NCBI GenBank assembly: GCA_037189525.1
Contig: JBBCJC010000005.1
Coordinates: 928,001 to 992,000 of the forward strand
Direction of reading: 5' to 3'
From: Gemmatimonadales bacterium
GTDB lineage: Bacteria; Gemmatimonadota; Gemmatimonadetes; Gemmatimonadales; GWC2-71-9
DNA length: 64,000 nucleotides
The notes under the pieces are model-generated. The model was not told the DNA's origin and ran no database searches. It worked only from the letters and a program-made list of their open reading frames with translations. Position 1 is the stretch's first letter, and every line of letters begins with the position of its first letter. Position numbers and translations under genes: made by a program. Below are positions 18,931-28,161 of this stretch, in pieces.

Positions 18931-21246
18931 TTATCCCTCCGCCCCGGCGCCGGCCGGCACGCGGCTATCGACGTGATTCAAGCCTGCCAGACCGACCACC
19001 GCTTCGATGTCGAGCAGGTCGGTGACGCGATCCTGGACGACCGCCGAACCCGCGACGGCTCGCCCGTTGGAGCGGCGATCCACCACGATCTGTTGTTCCA
19101 CGATATCGGTGATCTGATCGACCATGAGGCCGATGCTCTGGCCGCGATGGGCGTACACGACGACCTGAATCGGGTCCTCGATCTCGTTATGCCGGGTAAC
19201 CCCGTCGAGGATCTCGTCCAAGCGCACCAAGGGCATGATCTCACCGCGGTATTGCACAACGCGCCGTGTGCCCGCGAGTTCGGTCGACGCCACCGGGAAC
19301 TCCTCCAGCCGGGCAATCTCGGAGAGCGGCACCGCCAGCCGGCGATCCTGGCCCGCGCGGAACAGGAGCAGAGTCCGCCGATCGCCGTCGTCGCTCGCGG
19401 TGCCGGCGGTTGCCTCGGTTCGGGCCCGATCGTGTTCCGATTGCAGTACGCCCGACTGCTGCGCCAGACCGCCCACATCGAGAATCAACGCCACTTTGCC
19501 GTCGCCCATGATGGTTGCTCCCGCAAAGGCCGCGATCCCCTTGAGCTGCTTGGCGAGCGGCTTGACCACGATTTCTTCGGTATCGTTGATCTCGTCCACC
19601 ACCAGGCCGAACTGGGTCCCGTCGGCCTGAAGCACCACCACGTTCACCGCTTCGCGCCCGGCGACATCCCACCGCTCCGCCGTACAGCCCAGCGCGTGAT
19701 TGAGCACCACGAGCGGAAGGAGATTGCCCCGGAGCCGGTACACCGGCGCTCCGTAAATCAACTCGATGCTGCGTCCGATTTCCTCGCCCTCGAGGCGGAC
19801 CAATTCGAGCAGGCTCACCTGCGGAATGGCGTAGCGGTCGCCGTGCGAAGTCACGATGAGGCCCGGGATGATCGCCAGCGTCAGCGGAATCCGAATCCGC
19901 AGCGTGGTTCCCTGCCCCGTCACGCTGTTCACATCGACCGTGCCACCGATCTTCTCGATGTTGGTCTTGACGACGTCCATGCCGACTCCGCGACCCGACA
20001 CGTTCGTGACCTTGGCCGCCGTCGAAAACCCGGGCGCGAAGATCAGGTTGAACGCCTCACGGTCGTTGAGCCGCCCCGCCTGCTCGGTCGTGAGCAGTCC
20101 CTTCTGGACGGCTTTCTGCTTGATCACGGCGGGATCGATCCCGCCACCGTCATCGCTGATCTCGATGTTGACCTGCCCGCCCTCATGGAAGGCGCGCATG
20201 AAGATCCGACCCTCGGCCGGCTTGCCGCGCGCGAGCCGGACGTCCGGCGCTTCGATGCCGTGGTCGGCCGAGTTGCGGACGATATGGGTGAGCGGATCCT
20301 TGATGGCTTCGATGATGGTCTTGTCGAGCTCGGTCTCCTTGCCTTCCATCTCCAGCCGGATCTGCTTACCACAGCTCGAGGCGAGGTCGCGCACGACGCG
20401 CGGGAACTTGCTCCAGACGTTGCCGATCGGCTGCATCCGCGTCTTCATGACGCCTTCCTGCAGCTCGGTGGTAATCAGGTTGAGTCGCTGCGACGTGGCG
20501 CCGAGCGTGTGATCGGCGCTGGTCGTGAGGTGCTGCAGGATCTGGTTCCGGGCCAGCACCAGCTCGCCTACCAGATTCATCAGCCGGTCGAGGAGACCCA
20601 CGTCGACGCGAATGGTGCTATCGGCGACGGACGAGGCGGCCCGGCTCCCTTCCGCCGCTTGCGTTTCCAGCACCTCGGCGATGACCTGCGGCGGCACCTG
20701 GGCCTGCTCGACCAGGATCTCGCCGATGTGGCGCGGGTCGCCGGAGAGCTGCCGTTCGGCGGCCTCCCGGACATCGTCCTGCGTCACGAGCCCCCGTTCC
20801 ACTAGATGGTCTCCCATGTTCTTGGGCGACCCGGCCTCATCGGGAGCCGACGACGCCGCCTGATCCTCCTGCAGCGCCGTGAGCCGCGCAATCAGGGCGG
20901 TATAGTCGACCTCCCCCTCCGCGCCGGTCGACTCGATGCTCCCCAACATCTGACGCAGGGCATCGACCAGCTGAAGCAGCGCACTGGTTCGTTCCGGGGT
21001 TAGATCCCGGACCCCGTCCCGCAGCAGCGAGAGCAGGTTTTCACCGACGTGGCTCACCGATTCGAGCTTCTTCAAGCCCAGAAAGCCGCAGGTCCCTTTG
21101 ATTGTATGGACGCAGCGGAAAATCCGGGCAAGCAGCTCCTGATCCTTGGGACGCTGCTCCAGCGCGACCAGGTCGCGATCGAGCTGGTCGAGGCCTTCAT
21201 TGCTCTCGACCAGGAACTCCCTCGTGATTTCATCTAGCTCGTGCAT
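18931..21246 (-). CDS. cheA: Chemotaxis histidine kinase CheA (Hpt, MshEN-like insert, dimerisation, HATPase, two CheW domains)
   Basis: FRCVHTIKG, LMNLVGELV, HIVRNSADHGIE, DDGGG, FAPGFSTA, SGRGVGMDVV; two C-terminal CheW-like domains. Confidence 0.97.
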   Translation of the reverse strand: MHELDEITREFLVESNEGLDQLDRDLVALEQRPKDQELLARIFRCVHTIKGTCGFLGLKKLESVSHVGENLLSLLRDGVRDLTPERTSALLQLVDALRQMLGSIESTGAEGEVDYTALIARLTALQEDQAASSAPDEAGSPKNMGDHLVERGLVTQDDVREAAERQLSGDPRHIGEILVEQAQVPPQVIAEVLETQAAEGSRAASSVADSTIRVDVGLLDRLMNLVGELVLARNQILQHLTTSADHTLGATSQRLNLITTELQEGVMKTRMQPIGNVWSKFPRVVRDLASSCGKQIRLEMEGKETELDKTIIEAIKDPLTHIVRNSADHGIEAPDVRLARGKPAEGRIFMRAFHEGGQVNIEISDDGGGIDPAVIKQKAVQKGLLTTEQAGRLNDREAFNLIFAPGFSTAAKVTNVSGRGVGMDVVKTNIEKIGGTVDVNSVTGQGTTLRIRIPLTLAIIPGLIVTSHGDRYAIPQVSLLELVRLEGEEIGRSIELIYGAPVYRLRGNLLPLVVLNHALGCTAERWDVAGREAVNVVVLQADGTQFGLVVDEINDTEEIVVKPLAKQLKGIAAFAGATIMGDGKVALILDVGGLAQQSGVLQSEHDRARTEATAGTASDDGDRRTLLLFRAGQDRRLAVPLSEIARLEEFPVASTELAGTRRVVQYRGEIMPLVRLDEILDGVTRHNEIEDPIQVVVYAHRGQSIGLMVDQITDIVEQQIVVDRRSNGRAVAGSAVVQDRVTDLLDIEAVVGLAGLNHVDSRVPAGAGAEG

Positions 21247-21372
21247 TCAGTCTCTCACGCAAACGGGTTCCCAAGGGCCCGGCTGTCGCCGACCGCCCCG
21301 ATCGTCCTCGGTTCTGCCGCGGTGGCCCGCAGCCTCGTGAAGATTGCCGGACAGAAATCTTCGCTAACCCAA

Positions 21373-21390
21373 CATGAAGAAATCTTCATG
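21373..21390. promoter_or_regulatory. Perfect inverted repeat upstream of cheA, candidate operator
   Basis: CATGAAGA-AA-TCTTCATG in an AT-richer intergenic region. Confidence 0.55.
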
Positions 21391-21550
21391 CCACAATCGT
21401 GCAGATTCGTTCACCCCGTGGTTTTGCCGCTTCGCAAGGTTCAACCCCGGAAAGTCGTGCCGAAAATAGCCCACTTTTTCCTACCACTCGGAAGAAAGTG
21501 GTCCACTCCGTCGGGCATTTTCAGCATATCGATGTGATATTTTCGATGGG

Positions 21551-22807
21551 TCAGTCGACGATCTGGAGGCCGACGAGGATCTGTTCTCGCGCAGCAGAGC
21601 GAAAAGCTGCATAATGCGGCCAGGATGTCGCAGCCTTCGCAGGCGCGTCGGTGACGTTCGTAGGCAAGCCCATCTTGAGATCGAGGTCCCGCAGCAGCAG
21701 CGACGCGCGAATCCGCCCGGCCAGGGTATTGGTGAGCTCGTTGAGCACGTCGACGGCGCCTTCCTCGAGGGTCAACTCGGTACCGAGCATCTTGGCCGAC
21801 AGGCTGAGCACGGAGGGCTCGTCGCTGAGCAGCGAGACCTCGAGCCTTACCTTGGACTCGTCCGAGCCCAGGACCAGCGTCGAGCGGATCGGCAGCGCCA
21901 GGGTCGCGGCCTCTTCGGCATCGAGCTGGACGAGCTCCTGGCCGATCAGAACGCCGATCGTCTGCTGGGTAGCCGACAGCACCTCCGGCTCCAGTTCACC
22001 CTCCAGAAGCGCCGTCAGCTTCTCCTGGGGAGACATCGACTTGAGCACCACCCGCTGGATCGCCGCCGTGAACTGTTCGGGCACGAACGTCTTCTTGAGC
22101 ACGCCGCTGAAGAGTTTGGCTTTCTCGGGGTCGACCGAATCGGCCTGCGTCGTGAGGTAGATCTCCGGCGGATCGGCCTTGAGCCGCGCGGCAATCCGAC
22201 CCAGCGTCTCGATCATCTGGATCTCGCTGAGCAGCGGCAACCCCTCGGGTACCAGCACGACGCGCGGCGTCGGATTGCGCTCCTGGAAGAGCGACGCCGC
22301 CTTGGGCGCCGAGGTCGCCTCGAGCACGTCGAAGTGCGCGGCCAGCAAGGGTTTGGCAAACGCCAGGAAGTTCGGATCCGTCTCCACCAGCAGCATCTCG
22401 GTGGCCGCGCCCGCCGGGGCGCGCTGCCGCCAGCGATCGGCATTCTTGAGCACGGCGCGAAGCCGTGGCACCGCGATGTCCGGACGGAGGGGTTTAAGCA
22501 GGAAATCGCTGATCCCGATCTGGATCAGCTCCCGAATCACTACATCGTCGCTCACGGCGGAGATACAGACGACCGGGATGTCCCGGTACTTCTCCGAGGA
22601 ACGGATCGCGCGGAGGGTCTCGAGGCCGTTCAGGATCGGCATTTCGATGTCGATCACAAGGAAGTCGACCTTGGTCTTGCCGTCTTCGAGCATCGAGAGC
22701 AACTCGAGGCCGTTCTCGGCTTCGCGCGTCTCGACATCGAGCTGCTGCAGCACCCGCCGCAGCACGGTGCGCATGCTTCGCTCGTCGTCGGCAATCAGCG
22801 CGAGCAC
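21551..22807 (-). CDS. Response regulator: REC + degenerate REC + CheX-like domain
   Basis: IADD..VIDIEMP..LLKP intact REC; second REC-like domain lacking the acceptor Asp; C-terminal DVLNELTNTLAG..MGLP; GTG start at 22807 with GGAG RBS (alternative ATG 22876). Confidence 0.82.
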   Translation of the reverse strand: MLALIADDERSMRTVLRRVLQQLDVETREAENGLELLSMLEDGKTKVDFLVIDIEMPILNGLETLRAIRSSEKYRDIPVVCISAVSDDVVIRELIQIGISDFLLKPLRPDIAVPRLRAVLKNADRWRQRAPAGAATEMLLVETDPNFLAFAKPLLAAHFDVLEATSAPKAASLFQERNPTPRVVLVPEGLPLLSEIQMIETLGRIAARLKADPPEIYLTTQADSVDPEKAKLFSGVLKKTFVPEQFTAAIQRVVLKSMSPQEKLTALLEGELEPEVLSATQQTIGVLIGQELVQLDAEEAATLALPIRSTLVLGSDESKVRLEVSLLSDEPSVLSLSAKMLGTELTLEEGAVDVLNELTNTLAGRIRASLLLRDLDLKMGLPTNVTDAPAKAATSWPHYAAFRSAAREQILVGLQIVD

Positions 22808-23270
22808 GAGTCGACTCCGCGCCGGCCGGCCCCAAAGGCCTCGAACCGATATCGTCTTCGCAGCGCTCGCGGGCATGCGTGCCCTGCCGGCGCCCCGGTC
22901 TTTTTTGGTGTGTACTGCTGTATTCGCATGTTCCTCGCTTCGACCGTAGCAATCGGCTATCGACGGACCGCGTCCCTGGCCGATCGTCCGTGTCTGGCGT
23001 ACCCATCAGACATTATGTCGCACGGCGCCCGGGTCGGCGTCGTACCAGTTCGGGGGCAACCATCGCATGCCTGGTGCCACGCCGGCCGGAAAGCTCGTGC
23101 TGACGAGTCCGGCTATACTCCCTGCGATGTGATTGCTGGACGTTTCATCCTGGACCGGCACGCAACAGGTCCCCCGGACGCCCCGGTTCTTCGGGCCTAG
23201 GTATCGGAGAGAAGGTTGCCGAGCTTTAAAGTTCGCCTTGTTGAACAACGCCCGGGCGACGGGAGGCCCC

Positions 23271-23495
23271 ATGCAACCCTACGGCAACCGAAGCGGTCGA
23301 TCGGGAGTCACCCACTACGAAATCGGGCCCGATTTCATTCGGGTCCGGTTTGGGACGCCGACGATATACGTCTACGACTACACCATACCGGGTAAGGATG
23401 CCGTCGAGCACATGAAGGAGCTGGCGCGCACGGGTCGCGGGCTCAGCACCTATATCAGCCAACACATCCGGGAGCGATACGTCCGCACGGAATAG
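23271..23495 (+). CDS. Small conserved-looking hypothetical protein (KTSC-like), 74 aa
   Basis: GGAGG RBS; SGVTHYEIGPDFIRVRF..YVYDY..MKELARTGRGLSTYISQH pattern resembles KTSC-type small proteins. Confidence 0.65.
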   Translation: MQPYGNRSGRSGVTHYEIGPDFIRVRFGTPTIYVYDYTIPGKDAVEHMKELARTGRGLSTYISQHIRERYVRTE

Positions 23496-23766
23496 GTTCA
23501 CTCGCGCGTCAGCAAATTACCGATGAGTGAAGTCGGAATTTTCTCTCGTCCTTAAATTTCTCAATCCTCCAGAACGGCAGTCGGTACGTGCGCGCACGCG
23601 CGTGCGCTCATGAAGACGGCCTCATAGTCACTCAACGTTCACTTCACGCCCTCCCCGAGAGATTCCGGCGCCAACATCGTCATCCCCCTCACCCCTGAGG
23701 GGGACCGGTGCAGTACCGGTGGACCCCGGGGGTCCGACGATCAGGATCACGACAAGGAGATCGGGT

Positions 23767-25983
23767 ATGGGCGGATCCGCCGTCGGGACCGCGGCGAGCG
23801 AGGGAGTGCTCGACGAGTTCACCTACGATGACGCCATCGTCCGGAAGTTCCTCATAGCGACGGTCGTATGGGGCTTGGTGGGCATGCTGGCCGGATTGCT
23901 GGTGGCGCTGCAGATGGCCAATCCCGCTTTCAACCTGGGGATCGAGTGGACCTCCTTCGGTCGACTCCGCCCGCTGCACACCAACGCGGTCATCTTCGCC
24001 TTCGGTGGGAACGCCTTCTTCACCGGCGCCTACTACTCGACCCAACGGCTCCTCAAAGCGCGGATGTGGTCGGACGGGATGTCCAAGTTCCACTTCTGGG
24101 GCTGGCAGGCCATCATCGTGGCCGCGGCGCTGACCCTTCCCCTCGGCATGACCCAGGCGAAGGAGTATGCGGAGCTGGAGTGGCCGATCGACATCGCGAT
24201 TGCCGTGGTATGGGTGGTCTTCGCGGTGAACTTCATGATGACGATGATTCACCGCCGCGAACGCCATCTCTACGTCGCGATCTGGTTTTATGTCGCGAGC
24301 ATCATCACGGTTGCCATCCTGCACATCTTCAACAACCTGTCGATTCCGGCGGCCGGACACTTCAAGAGTTACTCGCTCTACGCCGGGGTCCAGGACGCTT
24401 TCATGCAATGGTGGTACGGCCACAATGCCGTCGCCTTCTTCCTGACGACGCCATTCCTCGGCCTGATGTACTACTTCATGCCGAAGGCCGCGGAGGGGCC
24501 GGTCTTTTCCTACCGGCTCTCCATTCTGCATTTCTGGTCGCTGGTCTTCATCTATATCTGGGCCGGCCCGCACCACCTGCACTACACCTCGTTGCCGGAG
24601 TGGGCCTCCACGCTCGGGATGCTCTTCTCGGTCATGTTGTGGGCCCCGAGCTGGGGCGGCATGATCAACGGCCTGCTCACCTTGCGTGGCGCCTGGCACA
24701 AGGTCATCGACGACCCGATCCTCAAGTTCTTCGTCGTCGGCATCACGGCGTACGGGATGAGCACGTTCGAAGGACCGATGCTCTCGATCAAGAGCGTCAA
24801 CGCACTGGCCCACTACACCGATTGGATCATCGCGCACGTCCACACCGGCGCGCTCGGCTGGAACGGCTTCATCACCTTCGGCATGGTCTACTGGCTCCTG
24901 CCGAGACTGTTCCAGGCCCCGCTCCATTCGAAGAAACTGGCGGAGGCCCATTTCTGGATCGGCACCCTGGGCATCATCCTCTATGTCCTCGCGATCTACT
25001 CGGCCGGCGTGACGCAGGGCCTGATGTGGCGCGCGTTCGATGATACCGGGCGGCTCACCTACCCCGATTTCGTCGAGACCGTGGTCAGGCTGATCCCGAT
25101 GTACTGGGTCCGCGTCGCGGGCGGCTCGCTCTATATCGTCGGCGTCGTCCTGCTGCTCTACAACGTGATCATGACGTGGCGGAAGCGGCCGGTCCGGTAC
25201 GAGGTCCCGATCATCCGCGCGGCGCCGTTGGCGCCGAAATTCACGGCCCCCGAAGCGGCCCCGGTTGCCGGCGGCCTGCTGGCGCGGTTCCGTTCGCTGG
25301 CCTTCCATCGCCGGTGGGAACGGATGCCGGTGCTCTTCACGGTGCTGACCACTCTGGCCGTGATCATCGCGTCGCTGTTCGAAATTCTGCCGACCTTTCT
25401 GATCCGGTCGAACGTGCCGACGATCGCATCGGTCAAGCCGTACACCCCGCTCGAGCTGTATGGCCGCGACATCTATATCCGCGAAGGGTGCTTCAACTGC
25501 CATTCGCAGCAGATCCGTCCGCTCCGCTACGAAACCGAGCGCTACGGCGAGTACAGCAAGCCGGGCGAAGCGGTGTACGAGCATCCCTTCCTCTGGGGCT
25601 CGCGACGGATCGGTCCGGACCTGGCACGCACCGGCGGCAAGTATCCCAATCTGTGGCACGTCCGGCATTTCGAGAATCCGCAGGAGATCGCGGCCGGATC
25701 GATCATGCCGTCGTACCGCCACTTCAGTACCCGCAGCATCGACTGGGATGTGCTCGGCAAGCGGGTCGGCACCATGGCAATGCTCGGCGTGCCCTACGGT
25801 GATGCCGTGACCCAGGCTGCCCCGATGGCCAAGGCGCAGGCGGAAACGATCGCCCGCGATATCGAAGCGGCTGGCGGCCCCAAGGCGCTGGGCGACAAAG
25901 AGATGGTCGCGATCATCGCATACATGCAGCGGCTCGGTCGTGACATCACGGCCGGCAGCTCCGCAACGGCGGGTGCCCCGTGA
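23767..25983 (+). CDS. ccoNO: cbb3-type cytochrome c oxidase, fused subunits I/II
   Basis: GRLRPLHTN, WWYGHNAV, WAGPHHLHY, STFEGP, AHVHTGALGW; CcoO part EGCFNCHSQ, WGSRRIGPDLAR, SIMP; AAGGAG RBS. Confidence 0.97.
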   Translation: MGGSAVGTAASEGVLDEFTYDDAIVRKFLIATVVWGLVGMLAGLLVALQMANPAFNLGIEWTSFGRLRPLHTNAVIFAFGGNAFFTGAYYSTQRLLKARMWSDGMSKFHFWGWQAIIVAAALTLPLGMTQAKEYAELEWPIDIAIAVVWVVFAVNFMMTMIHRRERHLYVAIWFYVASIITVAILHIFNNLSIPAAGHFKSYSLYAGVQDAFMQWWYGHNAVAFFLTTPFLGLMYYFMPKAAEGPVFSYRLSILHFWSLVFIYIWAGPHHLHYTSLPEWASTLGMLFSVMLWAPSWGGMINGLLTLRGAWHKVIDDPILKFFVVGITAYGMSTFEGPMLSIKSVNALAHYTDWIIAHVHTGALGWNGFITFGMVYWLLPRLFQAPLHSKKLAEAHFWIGTLGIILYVLAIYSAGVTQGLMWRAFDDTGRLTYPDFVETVVRLIPMYWVRVAGGSLYIVGVVLLLYNVIMTWRKRPVRYEVPIIRAAPLAPKFTAPEAAPVAGGLLARFRSLAFHRRWERMPVLFTVLTTLAVIIASLFEILPTFLIRSNVPTIASVKPYTPLELYGRDIYIREGCFNCHSQQIRPLRYETERYGEYSKPGEAVYEHPFLWGSRRIGPDLARTGGKYPNLWHVRHFENPQEIAAGSIMPSYRHFSTRSIDWDVLGKRVGTMAMLGVPYGDAVTQAAPMAKAQAETIARDIEAAGGPKALGDKEMVAIIAYMQRLGRDITAGSSATAGAP

Positions 25984-26207
25984 AGCTCTCCGATATCGTA
26001 GGTAATGCCGGCCTTTCGGCCTATGCCGAGGTAGCGCTGGTGTTCTTCCTGATCGCGTTCGGGCTGATCGTCTGGTGGGTCTTTCGCCCCTCGGCCCGCT
26101 CCCGATGGCAGGAGGACAAGATGATTCCGCTCGACGACGGCCGGAACGGGACCGTCCCGAACGGTACGACACCGAACCACTCCAGGACCCCGGCGAGGCA
26201 CGGATGA
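25980..26207 (+). CDS. ccoQ: cbb3 oxidase subunit CcoQ
   Basis: Single TM helix followed by IPLDD; between ccoO and ccoP; GTGA overlap. Confidence 0.85.
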   Translation: MKLSDIVGNAGLSAYAEVALVFFLIAFGLIVWWVFRPSARSRWQEDKMIPLDDGRNGTVPNGTTPNHSRTPARHG

Positions 26208-26758
26208 GCGACAAGGATCGGTTGGTCGAGCACGAATATGACGGCATCCAAGAGTACGACAATCCGATGCCGCGGTGGTGGGTCACCATCTTCTGGGTCA
26301 CCATTGCGTACTCGATCGTCTACGCCCTCAACCTCGGCGGCCTCGGCAGCGGCAAAGGCCGAGTCGCCGAATACGAATCGGACATGGCAGCCTGGCGCGA
26401 GGCGCACCCACAGGGCCCGGGCCCGGCCGATCCCGCCGCGCTCCTTGCCATGGCCGAGGATCCCGCCGCCATGGCAGAGGGCAATACGATCTACCAGCGC
26501 TATTGCGCCGCCTGCCACGTGGCCGACGGCGGCGGACTGATCGGCCCCAACCTGACCGACGATTACTGGCTGCACGGCGGCAGCATCGATAGCGTCCACG
26601 CCGTGATCGTCGAAGGGGTCCTGGCCAAGGGCATGCCGCCCTGGGGCAAGACGCTGAATGCTGCGCAGGTCAATCAGGTCACCGCGTACGTCTGGGCGCT
26701 GCACGGCACCACGCCCAAGCAGGCCAAGGCCCCCCAGGGAGTGCGCGTCCCCAGGTGA
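26204..26758 (+). CDS. ccoP: cbb3 oxidase subunit III CcoP (monoheme)
   Basis: HEYDGIQEYDNPMPRWW, single CAACH, GPNLTDDYWLHG, GMPPW. Confidence 0.95.
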   Translation: MSDKDRLVEHEYDGIQEYDNPMPRWWVTIFWVTIAYSIVYALNLGGLGSGKGRVAEYESDMAAWREAHPQGPGPADPAALLAMAEDPAAMAEGNTIYQRYCAACHVADGGGLIGPNLTDDYWLHGGSIDSVHAVIVEGVLAKGMPPWGKTLNAAQVNQVTAYVWALHGTTPKQAKAPQGVRVPR

Positions 26759-28161
26759 GCACGAACGCCCCCGCGCCTGCCGGACGAGTCCTCCCGACCC
26801 TCAACGAGGACGGGAGCCGCAACTGGCTCCGCCCCAAGCCCTCTCCGGGACGCTGGTGGCACCGGCGGCGCGTCGTGGCGTACCTGTTGATGATCACGTT
26901 CATCGCGCTGCCGCATCTCAAGATCAACGGCAAACCCGCGATTCTGCTCGACGCTCCTCGGCGCGAGTTTACCCTGTTCGGCACCACCTTCCTGCCGACC
27001 GACACACTGCTGCTGATGCTCCTGCTCGCGAGCATCGTGATTGCCGTGTTCCTCTTCTCGGCGCTGTTCGGGCGGGTCTGGTGCGGCTGGGGTTGTCCGC
27101 AGACCATTTACCTCGAATTCCTGTACCGTCCCATCGAACGCCTGATCGAAGGCGGCCGAGGCGGCTCGCTTCGGCTCGATCGCAGCAAGGGACACTTCCA
27201 CCCGCGCCGGTTGCTCAAGTACGGGATCTACCTCGTACTGTCCCTGCTGCTGGCGCACACGTTCCTGGCCTACTTCGTCGGTGTCGATGCGCTGGCCGAA
27301 TGGGTCAGGCTCTCACCCCGTGAGCACCCGATCCCGTTCCTGGTCATGGCCGTAACCACGGGGCTCGTCTTTACGGACTTCACCTGGTTCCGTGAACAGA
27401 CCTGCCTGATCGCGTGTCCCTATGGACGGTGGCAGGCTGCGCTGCTCGATCGGCAGTCGCTGGTCGTCGCGTACGACTACAATCGCGGTGAGCCGCGGGG
27501 CCGCGGCAAGGTGCGCAGCGAAGGCGCGGGTGATTGCATCGACTGCGTGGCTTGCGTCACGACCTGCCCCACCGGTATCGATATCCGGAACGGGCTCCAG
27601 ATGGAATGCGTCCATTGCACCCAGTGCATCGATGCCTGCGACAGCATCATGGCGCAGGTCGGGAAGCCCCCCGGCCTGATCCGGTACGCTACCCAGGATG
27701 CGTTGGCCGGCAAGCCCGCGAAACGGCTCCGGCCCCGGGTCATCATCTACCCGCTGGTGCTGGCGCTCTTCCTTGGCGCCTTCGTCGTCGTGCTGGGCAC
27801 CCGATCGAGCGCCGACATCACGCTGCTGCGCAGCACCGGCGAGCCCTTCCAGCTGGACGCCGAGGGCCGCGTTACCAATCAGATCCGAATTCGGATTGCC
27901 AATCGCAGTCAGCAGGATCGGAGCTACGACATCGTCGTCGATGGAGCCGAGATGGGCACTGTCATCGCTCCCGAGAGTCCGCTCAGCATCGAGTCCAACA
28001 AGCTGCGCACCACCAGCGTCTTCATCCTGCTGCCGCGCGAGGCATTCACCCAGGGGCGTCGTGATGTGACCGTACGGATCAGCGACGGTAAAGGGCTCGA
28101 TCAGCGGCTCCCCTTCAATCTGCTCGGTCCGACCGACACCACCGGAGGCCTCGAACCATGA
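26755..28161 (+). CDS. ccoG: Cytochrome c oxidase accessory protein CcoG/FixG
   Basis: GRVWCGWGCPQT, CLIACPY, CIDCVACVTTCP, CVHCTQCIDAC. Confidence 0.96.
   Translation: MSTNAPAPAGRVLPTLNEDGSRNWLRPKPSPGRWWHRRRVVAYLLMITFIALPHLKINGKPAILLDAPRREFTLFGTTFLPTDTLLLMLLLASIVIAVFLFSALFGRVWCGWGCPQTIYLEFLYRPIERLIEGGRGGSLRLDRSKGHFHPRRLLKYGIYLVLSLLLAHTFLAYFVGVDALAEWVRLSPREHPIPFLVMAVTTGLVFTDFTWFREQTCLIACPYGRWQAALLDRQSLVVAYDYNRGEPRGRGKVRSEGAGDCIDCVACVTTCPTGIDIRNGLQMECVHCTQCIDACDSIMAQVGKPPGLIRYATQDALAGKPAKRLRPRVIIYPLVLALFLGAFVVVLGTRSSADITLLRSTGEPFQLDAEGRVTNQIRIRIANRSQQDRSYDIVVDGAEMGTVIAPESPLSIESNKLRTTSVFILLPREAFTQGRRDVTVRISDGKGLDQRLPFNLLGPTDTTGGLEP

Noticed and set aside
21400..21450. Possible c-di-GMP-I riboswitch upstream of cheA (GCAAAACCACGGG on minus strand)
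   Set aside because: The P1 GNRA hairpin and remaining conserved residues could not be found; an Rfam scan would settle it
22795..22929. 44-aa minus-strand ORF overlapping the response regulator start
   Set aside because: RBS spacing too short and no recognisable features
23496..23766. Expected FNR/FixK box upstream of ccoN
   Set aside because: No TTGAT-N4-ATCAA match seen
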